A DNA stretch of 64,000 bases from Cirrosporium novae-zelandiae (lineage: Eukaryota). Within the stretch, counting starts at the first letter, position 1, and each line of letters opens with the position of its first letter. Location of the stretch: positions 62,001 through 126,000 of the forward strand of contig JAPETS010000046.1 in NCBI GenBank assembly GCA_026023565.1. The letters are read 5' to 3'. This document shows positions 11,945-23,367 of this stretch, piece after piece. The translations under genes and the position numbers were made by a program. A model generated the notes under the pieces. It ran no database searches, had not been told where the DNA came from, and worked only from the letters and a program-made list of their open reading frames with translations.

Positions 11945-12770
11945 GCAACTTTGCCTAGGTCCTCGGTCATGAAAGTAATCAAAAAGAAAGTAATCACGGA
12001 ATATTGACTTAGCTCTTTGAGTTTTCATGCGGGGCGCACTAAGCAATGTGACGCGTTTGACTGCAACACAGGGAAATATTAAGTTTGGAGTATTATATTC
12101 TGCTCAAGTTAAAAAAAAGGTGGACATAGAAAAATACCGCTTGGGGAATCAAGAGAGGAAGGGTTCTTTGCAAATGTAGAGGATCGGTGGTTCGGCACTT
12201 GGAATTCCGGGCTATTTGTTAGTGATTGCTGGGCAGGTCGGGTAACGGCACCCCCCCAGTTATTGTGACGATCATCAGTCCTTAGGGGCAAGCCACCCCG
12301 CTACGTTCCCGGTACTAAAAGACAACGGTTGAAATCGTACCTGGAATATTGACTCTTGTAAACAACCTACATATTTACATTATCCATACTTTATTTATTT
12401 GTTTCTAAGTCCTACTCTATCAGACCAATCATCAATGCGAGAAAGAACTCCCCCCCCCTGAACTTGTTCCAGCTGATTAGACCATAGAACAGTACTGGCT
12501 GGGTCATGATAAACTCAAACATGTCAGGCCAGTATTCGGACTGTTCTCCTGATGTGAGTTCACCGGCAAACCGGCACCTATCAGAATTACGAAATTCCTT
12601 GCCGGATTACGGAAATACTCTGGATTAATGTAACATATCCTGATCATTAATGAATGAATAACTCTCATATCTAAAGTGCATAGATCTCTATATAAACATG
12701 AATTGCTCTGCTAAGATGGCTATCCCAAATTCCCAGCCAAGTATTATTCACCTGTATTCAATCCTCAATC

Positions 12771-15700
12771 ATGCCATCTTTTTTATCAAACAACCATGTT
12801 GACGCGGAGACTGTTGGTGAAAGACTGCTTCCACAGGTTGTGGACAGGTCCGCAGAAACACAACCCGACCTCTCTTTCTGTATAATCCCTCGCTCCCCCG
12901 TGAGCACCTCGCAAGGATGGCGCAACGTATCCTACCAAGATCTCTCTCGTGCGGTAAACTACATGTCTTGGTGGATTGAAGAGAAAATGGGTGAGGACGG
13001 AGCTGGAAACACCATAGCATATATGGGTTTGAATGACCTCCGATACTTCATCATCTCTCTTGCCGGTCTAAAAACTGGCCACGAGGTATATTCCCTGACT
13101 CGACACATCAATGACTTGACTGACAGCCCATAGATCCTATTTCCTTCTCCAAGGATTGCTGATGAGGCCCAACTTTACTTGCTCAAAGTTACAAATTGCA
13201 AACATTTTGTCTATTCTGCCGAGCATCAGCGCAAACCAGAAACTCTGAAAAAAACAAAACAAAATCTAATCTTGTGGGAGATTCCCTCTTTAGAATTTAT
13301 TCTTGAGCAAGCTGCAAAGCCCTATCCGTACACAAAGTCATATGCAGAAGCTGAGCATGATCCTTATATCATCATCCACAGTTCCGGAACAACTGGTTCG
13401 TCTTTATCCTACGCTCTGTATGAAATCTAATCATTAATGTGTTCATTGTTCGGTTAGGGATGCCGAAGCCGGTTCATCTTAGAAATGGATACTTTGCTGT
13501 TGTGGACAACCTCTCCCATCTAGAAGCTCCTAAAGGCCGTAAAATTGCCTTTTGGACCAAGCACCAGTCTGGAGAGCTTCATCTTTCAATGAGTCCTTTC
13601 TTTCATCTAATGGGGTTTGCAACGTTTGTATATGGTGTTTTCAACAACGCTCGATCCGTCTATGCCCCTGACACGCAAATTACTGTACCTCTGTTGACTG
13701 AAATTGTGGCTACAACCAAACCTACCTGTGCAACCATCGTACCTTCGCTCCTCGAAGATATGAGCCATTCGGCTGAAGGCTTGAAACTTATCAAGGGGTT
13801 TCAAACCATCTACTACGGCGGGGCACCCCTTGCGCCCTCGATTGGTAAACGCCTTTACGCCATGACACAATTGGTGAGCGTCTTCGGATCTACAGAGACG
13901 GGGCTCGTCCCCTCTTTGATCGTTGGAAACGATGACTGGGACTATTTCGAATGGCACCCGGCTGCGGGCCTTGAGATGCGGCCTGTGGGTAGTGAGCTGT
14001 ATGAGCTGGTGGTTCCAAAGAGCGCCAACCGTAAACATACCGGAATATTTCAGTCCTTTCCCGATTTAGAAGAATACAGGACCCACGATGGCTTCATGAA
14101 GCATCCGACAAAACCTGGCCTATGGAGATCCGAAGGACGTCTCGACGATGTCATAGTACTAAGCAACGGCGAGAAATTCAATTCAACTAATGCAGAGAAA
14201 ATCATCGACGGGCATCCGTTGGTGTCTGCATCACTCATTATCGGCGAGAAAAGGTTCCAAGCTGCTCTCCTTGTCCAGCCTGACTGGAATCAATGGAGTG
14301 AAGACCAGGACCCCCGAACCCTGATAGATGCAATATGGCCTACCGTTGAAAAAGCCAATGCAATTCTTCCAGGTCATGGTAAAGTTTTCAAATCTAGAAT
14401 TGGATTGGCCAAAAAGAACAAGCCATTCAAGACGACACCGAAGAGAACTCTTCAGCGCAGGCCTATAGTCCAGGACTATGAAGAAGAGATTAACGTCTTG
14501 TATGATGCGGCCGGGGATGAGATGCAATGGGGGCATTTGCCAGCCGGAGCGGACCTGACGGGAATCAAGTCATACCTGAAACATATTATCTCGAATCTTT
14601 TGCCTGACAGTGATGCTGCGCTGTCCGATGGCTCGGATATATTCTCTCTGGGGATTGATTCTCTCCAAACCCTCGTGCTTTCAAGAGGATTGCAGCGTGA
14701 AGTGCAATTTCAAGTGCCTGAAAAGGAATTCGTCATCTCCACTCAAACGCTGTACAGCCATCCAACCATTGGCCAATTAGCACAGTTTGTACATTCAGTC
14801 ATCACCAGCAACCCTTCAGAAAATATTGTCGAGGATGAAGCCAGTCGTGCGACAAGGCTACACGGTCTTGTCGATAAATACACAAAGACTCTTCCGGAGC
14901 AAAGTCTATCCTTGCCTCCAAAGCCAGCAACACATCAGGCAATTTTGACTGGATCCACTGGTTCGTTGGGAAATTATATCCTCCAGCTCTTGCTTTCAGA
15001 CAGTTATATCAGTAAAGTCTATTGTCTGAATAGATCGGCAGATGCTCAATCAAGACAACAAAAGAGTTTTGAGCAAAAAGGGATAGATTTAGATCTCCAC
15101 AACAAAGACCGAGTTGAGTTCCTTCAGGCTTCATTTGGAGACGAAATGTTCGGACTTGAAGCACAGAAATATAAAGAAATGACCAAATCAGTTGACATTA
15201 TCATTCATAACGCCTGGCAGGTCAATTTCAACCACAAGTCTGAATCATTCGAGTATCCTCATATACAAGGAGTACGCCGTTTTGTTGATTTTAGTCTCGA
15301 AAGTAAATATCGCCCGCACATCTACTTTGTGTCGTCAATTTCGAGCATCGGTGCTTGGAAACCTGAACATGGACCCGTCATCCCGGAAGTGTTGCACGAA
15401 GACCCAGATGTCGCGTATAGAATGGGTTACGGAGAATCTAAATGGACCAGCGAACAGATCTGCGCCATCGCTTCTAAGAAGTCTGGTGTCCCTACCAGCA
15501 TACTCCGGGTTGGACAAATTGCTGGCCCAACAGCGGAAAAGGGCCTGTGGAATCCACATGAATGGCTTCCGGCTATCATATCTACATCCAAATCGCTAGG
15601 CAAAATTCCAAGTTCCCTGGGCACAATGGGTAATGAAAATATAGATTGGATCCCCGTCGTACGCAAGACCTTTTTCTATATATTCTGACGTATTTGCTTC

Positions 15701-16116
15701 CTCAGCTAACCAAAGAATGACAGGATACTCTAGCAAAAATCATCGTCGACATTGTTCACTCCCGTCAAGATACCTCTTCCCAGTCTACCGCGGCCTTCTT
15801 CCATCTCGCAAACCCCAAGATATCCCCTTGGGCTTCTCTCGTCCAGGAAGTGCGGAAGCACTTCCCCGCTGAACCTGTTGACCTTTCCACTTGGGTGCAC
15901 GCCCTCGAGGAAGTGCGTAATCCAACACCTGAAGATTTTGAAACCAAGCCCGCCTTGAAGATCTTGAGCTTTTATCAGGGAGCACTAAATGGAGCCAAGG
16001 AATCGGGGGTCCCAATGTCAGTGGAGAGGACAAAGGAGGCCAGTAGGACAATGAGGGAGATTAAGCCTATAGATGGAGAGTTGATGGAAAACTGGCTAAA
16101 GCAATGGGGTCTATAG
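12771..16116 (+). CDS. NRPS-like carboxylic acid reductase (adenylation-thiolation-reductase); exons 12771-13085, 13134-13395, 13458-15658, 15724-16116
   Basis: A domain: HSSGTTGMPKP, FGSTETG, GRLDDVIVLSNGEKFN. T domain: DIFSLGIDSL. R domain: ILTGSTGSLG, HNAWQVNF, GYGESKW (YxxxK), LRVGQIAG, IDWIPVD. Confidence 0.94.
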
Positions 16117-16610
16117 AAGTCGATTTAGATTATTTTGGTTAAATGTTCATCGGGTGCTTGCTACTCTCAGGCCTTGATATTCTATAGACCAGCCTATAGT
16201 CTTACTGATTGGGTCGACAGACACTTTCTGCAAGGTGCAGTAGTCCCGAGGTGCGGGGAAATGCTTATTTTCCTGCAAGCTACAATGCAAACAATTGCTA
16301 TTCTCGTACCACTCGCAATTTTTAACCATATTCTTTACATACACTATGGTGGCTAAGGAATAAACAAACGCTAATATGCAATCTCACAAGCATATTCCTT
16401 TTCCTGTTATACCTAGCCGATAGGCATCATGCAAGGTTATAAGACAGTATTACAAGGTTGTGCAGGGTTATATCACGCAAGCCATCTATCATGGATCATG
16501 GTATTCTTCCATTCCACCGCCAATTTTTTCAATCTCCCTCGGTATTGTCACTTCAAGATTATTTATCAACCTCACGTTCGGTACAGCCTTTCGATTCCTA
16601 AAAAACAGCA

Positions 16611-18564
16611 ATGGAGTCGAGAGAAGTCCCCGAGACTGCTGACATTGTAATCGCTGGAGGCATGTGATCTTCCATCAATTGCCAAGATCCACTAACAAAT
16701 ATCTAGGAGGAGTCACTGGCTTGATGACGGCCTGTCGTCTTGCTAAAGCCGATCCTAACCTCGATATTGTTGTTTTAGAAAAGGGCCCTTCTACCAAGGA
16801 CAATCCACTTGTCAAAAACCCAGCTTTCTATCTAAAAAATCTACTTCCAGACTCAAAGCTCACGACTTTCTACAAGTCAGCGGCTTCTCCAAATGTTGCC
16901 GGTAGGAATATCGTTGTCCCTATGGGCCATTGCCTCGGCGGCGGAGGTTCTATCAATTTCATGGTCTATGCTCGACCACAGATGATAGACTTTGACGACT
17001 GGAAAACCGAAGGCTGGGGGTCTGGGGATATGCTACCTTTTCTAAAACGAGCAAGTATCACAGGTATCAGCTGCAACATGTACTAACCCTCGCTTCAGTT
17101 TGAAAATTTTCAAGATGATAGTCCGGGTATTGATAAATCTGTTCATGGATATAGTGGGGAAATGAGTGTCTCGTCTGGAACGTATGCCCAGGAGGTATTC
17201 CAGAACGATTTCATCAAATCATGTGACAGCATTGGTATCAAGAGCGTTCCAGACCCGCAGAATCTCTACGAGGCCAATGGTGTTGGTGTATGTATCCCAT
17301 CAGATCAATATAGAATGTCCTTTGAGATTCTGACCTAGAGTAGAAATGGAACATGTGGATTGACAACCGAGATGGCGAACGCTCAGATGTCCCCCATCGA
17401 ATTCTATTTCCGCTACTTGAAACCAAGAACACAAAGCTCAAGATCATTACCGATACTACTGTCGTGAGAATTTTGTTTGACAAGAACAAGCAAGCTACCG
17501 GTGTCGAGTATAGTCCAAACGTCGGAGGAAATCCCCAAGTCATCAAGGCAGGTAAGTTTGTAATCCTAGCTGGTGGTGCCATTAGCACTCCGACGGTCCT
17601 TGAAAGATCGGGATATGGACAAAAGGCGATCCTCGAGAAGTTCGGCATACCTCCTGTCCACTACAACGAAGCAGTTGGAACCAATTATCAGGACCACAAC
17701 GTATTCTTCTACCCCTACAAGTCCACCGCCAAACCCGAAGAGACTCTCGACGGTCTTCTCTCTGGCCGGCTAACTGTCGAGGAAGCATTCGAACAGAAGA
17801 AGGCCAACCCAGTCCGAAATATCCTAGGTTGGAATGGTCTTGACTGTTTTGGCAAAATCCGTCCATCCGCAGAAGACGTCAAGCGTATGGGCCCAGAGTT
17901 CGAAAAGAGATGGAATAGAGACTTCAAGGAACGACCAACTCGCCCTGCCATGATGCTTTCTTCCATTGCGGGATTCGCAGGCGATTATTCTGCTATCCCA
18001 GTAGGACAGTACTTTAGCTTGGGACCGTATACCCCATATCCATATTCCCGGGGTCATGCCCACATCGCCTCGACATCCGCCTTCGATCCACCGGATTTTA
18101 ATTGCGGCTTCTTCCAAGACCCCATCGACATTACCAAGTTAGTATGGGGCTACAAGGTCCAGCGCGAGATTGCCCGGAGAATGAACCACTACCTAGGACC
18201 TCTTGAGGTTGGCCATCCAAAGTTTGCCCCCGACTCAAAAGCTGCCTCCAGCTACACAGACCAGCACCCAGAAATAAAGCGGATCGAGTATTCCGAGAAT
18301 GACGACGAAGCTATTTCACAATTCTTAAGAGAGAATATCGGCACCGCGTGGCACAGTCTAGGAACATGCGCCATGAAACCAGAGACCGAGGGTGGAGTGG
18401 TTGATAAGGATCTCAATGTTCACGGCGTCAAGGGTCTTAAGATTGTGGATTTGTCAATCTGTCCTAGCAATGTTGCTTGCAATACATATTCTGTGGCCCT
18501 GGCGGTCGGTGAGAAAGCGTCTTCTCTTCTGGCAAGGGATTTGGGCATACCTTATACGGTCTAA
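16611..18564 (+). CDS. GMC oxidoreductase, alcohol-oxidase-like; exons 16611-16659, 16707-17050, 17099-17287, 17344-18564
   Basis: FAD-binding DIVIAGGGVTG, CLGGGGSINFMVYAR, YPYSRGHAHI, TAWHSLGTCAM and NVACNTYSVALAVGEKA (His/Asn catalytic pair). Introns 1 and 2 need GC donors. No signal peptide and no C-terminal PTS1. Confidence 0.92.
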
Positions 18565-19320
18565 CAATAGTGCCCGTTCCGTACCCCTCCTATGAATTAA
18601 GGTGTATTGGTGGATACGCTTTGCTATGGTACCGAATTCCTATTCCTCTTACCGAGGTATCTTTAGCAGAGACCCCTGAAACCTCTTAACGGAATTGACA
18701 TAAAATCTAAGCTTAACTCCAATTCACTACGCAAACTAAATCGACGGTTCTCTTTTTCCTTTTTCTTTTTTTAAGTAACAATGAAGTTCCAGCCAGCGTA
18801 TTACAGTCACTAGGATCTAGCAGGGCATAACCCGAAGTGGTCCGTGTGCCCCACTTGGAAAGCAGGCTAGCTGAGCTCCAAAAGCTCAACAACCATCTCA
18901 TGAATAGACTTTTGAACAAACTTGGAGACCTAATTCTCACACAGCTATCCACTATGTATAGAATCAGTGGGTCTTATAACCTCGCCATGTGCATGAATGC
19001 TCAAGGCACGTATATGACTTAACACCCACGGCTTAACATGCATAACAATGGCATTATATAAATGAAGAATTGAAATTTAAATATATTGTCGGTTGAGCAT
19101 GCGTTGGATAATGTGACAGTGGTTAGAATACAGACTTCTGAACTCCGACAACATATAAGAGGGCTCTAATTGAAATGATCAGTAATCACCAAACTCTTGG
19201 CGTAAAATACAAATATCCATTCATCTCCTCTTCTTTTTCTCAATTCTTTCTCCAAATATCTTTTTAGGCTCCGTGCAACCCTATTTTCTCACCTTAGCCG
19301 ACCTACTGCTATCGGCGAAT

Positions 19321-20969
19321 ATGGCTCAAGGCTTAGAGCCAGTCCCTCCTACTCAGGTTTCCCGACGCTACAACCCCGATTTCCACGACCAGTATGAGCT
19401 AAATGATGTTGCCAGCTCGGCTTCTCATGTTGCTGACAGCGCTGCCGCGGTTGAGGACCCTCATAACGAGGATCTCACAGTTGATATAAATTCCATTCTA
19501 GAGAGGGAGCAGATGACACTGCCCAGAGCTGATGGAGGCAAGGATGCATGGTTGTTCTTGGCTGGTTGCTTTACTATTGAAGCTTTGGTTTGGGGTAGGT
19601 TTTATTTTCTCTTTGCCTTTGCGATTTCTTTGCTTTTTCAAATGTAGTGTTTTTTTATATTCCATTACTATATGATAGCCAGAACACGAAGTAGCATGGA
19701 ATAGACATTATTGTGTCATCACAAGTGACAGTCAGCTTTCTAACCTTCTAATGAACCCTTAGTTCTATTTGACCCTTTCATCTTATGTGCAATCAATTGA
19801 CAATGACAGGCTTCCCTTTCTCGTTTGGTATCTTTCAAGACTACTACACGAACCTCCCCCTTTTCGCCTCCAATCCTTCTGGTATTGCCATCATCGGCAC
19901 ATCCGCCTCCGGGATCATGTATCTAGGAGCCCCTTTCATCTTCTTCGCCCTCCAAGCATGGCCTCGCTTCCGACGCATATTCTCCTACGCTGGTCTCGCC
20001 ATCCTGACCATCGCCATTGTCCTTTCTTCCTTTTCCACTACTGTTGACCACCTCATCGTTAGTCAAGGCATATTCTACGCTATCGGCGGCTCCCTACTCT
20101 ACAGCCCCACGATCCTCTATCTCGATGAATGGTTCATCACCCGCAAAGGCTTTGCATTTGGCGTCATGTGGGCCGGCACCGGTGTCGCAGGGGTTGCCGT
20201 CCCGTTCATCATGTCTTGGGGCCTCTCAAAGTACGGCTTCCGTACCATGCTCCGCGCCTGGGCTGTCGTTCTCATTGTTCTCTCCTCTCCGCTGATTTAC
20301 TACGTCAAACCACGGATTCCCACCTCCCACCGCACCACCACCACACGGCGGCCAACATCCTTTCAATTCCTCCTGAGCCCAACTTTCTGGCTCCTAGAAG
20401 CCGGCAACATCGTTGAAGGCCTAGGTTTCTTCATCCCCAGCTTCTACCTACCCTCGTACGGCCAAGGGCTCGGACTTCCCAACCTTTCAGGCTCCCTGAT
20501 CATCGCTCTCATCAACCTCAGCTCCATCTTCGGCCAGATTGGCTTCGGCGCCCTCACCGATCGCTTGCACGTCACCACCGTAATCCTCATCTCCACCGCC
20601 GGCGCCACCCTCTCGGTCTTCCTCATGTGGGGCCTCGCCACCTCCCTCCCACTACTGTGCGTCTTCGCTCTCGTCTACGGCGTCTTTGGCGGCGGCTTCA
20701 GCAGCACCTGGACCGGAGTCATCAAGGAAGTCCAGCGCAGCACACCCACGGCGGAGACGGGGAATGTATTTGGCTGGCTGGCTGCCGGCAGGGGCGTCGG
20801 TGCTGTGGTTTCTGGACCCCTTAGTGAGGCGCTGTTGAAATGGGAGCCATGGAAGGGCCAGGCTAGCTTGGGATATGGTTCGGGTTATGGGCCGCTCATT
20901 GTTTTCACGGGCGTAACAGCTTTTTGTGGGGGGTTGAGTTTTGCTGCTAGGCAGGCTAAGCTGATCTGA
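19321..20969 (+). CDS. MFS transporter, monocarboxylate porter (MCT/Mch-like); exons 19321-19594, 19810-20969
   Basis: LPRADGGKDAWLFL..WGFPFSFGIFQDYY, YLDEWFITRKGFAFGVMWAGTG, GALTDR; about 12 hydrophobic segments. Confidence 0.93.
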
Positions 20970-21357
20970 TTTGGATGAACTTGGAAGTGTGAGCTCGCCT
21001 GTTGTACCGTACGGGGGGCATTACATATGCATAACATCTAAAAAACATAATCCAAATGCTAAAGCTAGATCTACCACCGATGCAGCACCTTCCCTTCCCC
21101 CCCCCTTCAAGAAAGAGCATGTTCGTTGATATATATATATCAATAAAGGCCGACCGACATCTTTTCGGATTAGGGAATTGAGGGATTGATTGGTACATGT
21201 ACAGTACAACCAGAGCGTATTGTACGGAGCGTACAGGTCAAGTGACCATTCGGTATTTTTCAAAAGACACCTCCGAGCTTAATAAATCAAAAACCCGAGG
21301 TCGACCGAGTTTTGTAGAACGTGCGTCAGGTCAACCGAGCTAAGCGAATGGTAGGCC

Positions 21358-21615
21358 GATAACTTTATGTGCATTCAAGGCTCGAGGCTTATCGGTCATT
21401 AGAAATAATAACATCCGAAAACGTTGGCAAGAGAGCCGAGACATTTCCCCCTCGCCAAGAACAAAATATATCCTAATCTTTGACCTCTAAGAATTCTGCT
21501 TGGAATAAAAGACCAGCCATGTCACGTGGTTAAAATACCCCCGTTGAGATAACCTTATCAGGACCTACCCCTTGCTTGTGCACCCAAGAATCAATGACAT
21601 CTCCAACTCTTATCA
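21358..21615. promoter_or_regulatory. Cluster of GATAA elements (candidate AreA/NIT2-type GATA sites) plus a CACGTG E-box upstream of the dioxygenase
   Basis: GATAA/TTATC at 21358, 21389, 21548, 21555 (inverted pair GATAAccTTATC) and 21610; CACGTG at 21523. Confidence 0.5.
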
Positions 21616-21809
21616 AGTATATAGGTACTTGATACCATAGAGCATGCATCCTAATCAACCTCGGCCCCGACCCCGATGGTTTTTTTAGGTAAAAGTGACT
21701 ATCTTGGATTGTTCCCTATCATATATAGAAGTACAATGTCCGATATTGATGAGTCGAATCGAGCGCTTAAGCAATTATATCATAGAAAGAAGCGATAGCT
21801 AATTGGGAT

Positions 21810-22916
21810 ATGGTGGAACAACTACCAATTATCGATTTTTCTCCTTTTTTGGACCCGGGAAATGAACCCGAGACAAAGCTGTCTACAGCACTGGAAATTG
21901 ATAGAGCTTGCAGAGAAAGTGGGTTTTTCTATCTGACTCATCATGGTGTACCTACAGAATTTACCGATGCTATGCTGAAAAATGCGACAACGTTCTTTGA
22001 AAAGGCAAGTCCTGAGGCCAAGGATGAGATTTTGATTAAGCCAGCCGGGGATGGGATCGGCGATGACGCGAGAGGGTTTCAACGGATTGATGGGGGAGTG
22101 AAAGGGGCACATGAAGTCAGTTGAAATCCAAATTCCCTATTCGTATACCGAGTTAGCTTAATGTCATTTACCATAGGCCGTTGATTTCTATCGCCCCGTC
22201 GAGAATTATGGTCCACCCTATGAAACGGGCATGGGTGTAAATCAGTGGCCAACAACTCCAACCAATTTCAGATCTATCTCGGAGATGTATACAGACAAGA
22301 TGTTGTCTCTAGGGACAGCAGTTGTGCGCGCAATGGCCCTAGCATTGGGAGTAGATGAGAGTGCTCTCACCAGTAGAATAGACCAAAGCTTTTGGAATTT
22401 GCGTATCATCGCGTATGAGGGATCAATGGCTCAAGGAAAGGTTGCTGGAATTGGCGCTCATACAGGTCAGGTAAATTTCTCAATATGTCAATGAAGGCTA
22501 ATTAAACCTCGAGCAGATTTCGGAATCTTGACATTTCTCTTGACGGATAGTGAAAAGGGGTCACTTCAAGTGCTCTCCAAAGGAGGAGAGTGGATTCCTG
22601 CTGATCCAATCGAGGTAAGTATGAAGTTGCAGTATGATAGATGCATCTAACGCTTTGGGTTTCTTAGGGATGCTTTCTCTGTAATATCGGTGACATGTTG
22701 TCCAGGTGGACTAGTGGAATCTACAAATCCACAGAGCATCGAGTTATACACACCTCCACGAAGAGACGAATTTCGGTCCCGTTTTTCTTTGAGCCCAATC
22801 TGGACGCATATATATCACCTGTTCTGCACGCAGCCATCCCAGATAAAAGTACCGGCGAGGGGGTTCTTTATAAGGATATGTTTGTCAAAGCAACAAAGTA
22901 TCCGATTGTGATATAG
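21810..22916 (+). CDS. 2-oxoglutarate/Fe(II)-dependent dioxygenase (IPNS/DIOX_N-like); exons 21810-22115, 22177-22465, 22517-22614, 22668-22916
   Basis: LPIIDFSPF, ACRESGFFYLTHHGV, GAHTDFGILTFL (HxD), NIGDMLSRWTSG, STEHRV (distal His), RRISVPFF (RxS). Confidence 0.94.
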
Positions 22917-23367
22917 CCTATGCTTAAGCAAGGAAGTTCTCTTGTGTAGAGCTGTAGTGGTTATATTCTGCAGCAGTTGAATGTTTATCTTGGCTTAAAT
23001 AATATCTTATATGTTAATATATTATTAAGTTGTCGCCTATTCACCAGTATTGCCGCGTTTGCTGAGAACGTGGGGGATTAACAACTGTCTAACTAGATTC
23101 TTCGCGCCGTTAACAAGTATTAAAATATCCTGGTAAACAACAAAGATAACGGTTAATAGCTTCTTATCTACAGTCCTGGGGTATAGGCCTATTAGATTTT
23201 GTTCCTTATCGGATCTAGTGGTAGGTGTGATACAACAGGTATGTACCTCATCTTTTATAAGATACTGACCCATCTCCCTATCTGAATGAAGTTGGCTTTT
23301 TTTCAAGTGCATTGCAGGAGCTGTACTAATATCTAGTCTCGATATACTAGAGAATATCAACAAAGGA

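Noticed and set aside
12225..12262. CAGGTCGGGTAACGGCA resembles SRP RNA helix 8
   Set aside because: Lacks the exact tetraloop and AGCA pairing, and no fungal Alu-domain 5' motif was found.
19595..19809. Long MFS intron as a TPP riboswitch, snoRNA or stwintron
   Set aside because: No TPP aptamer core and no C/D or H/ACA boxes in position; stwintron phasing does not restore frame.
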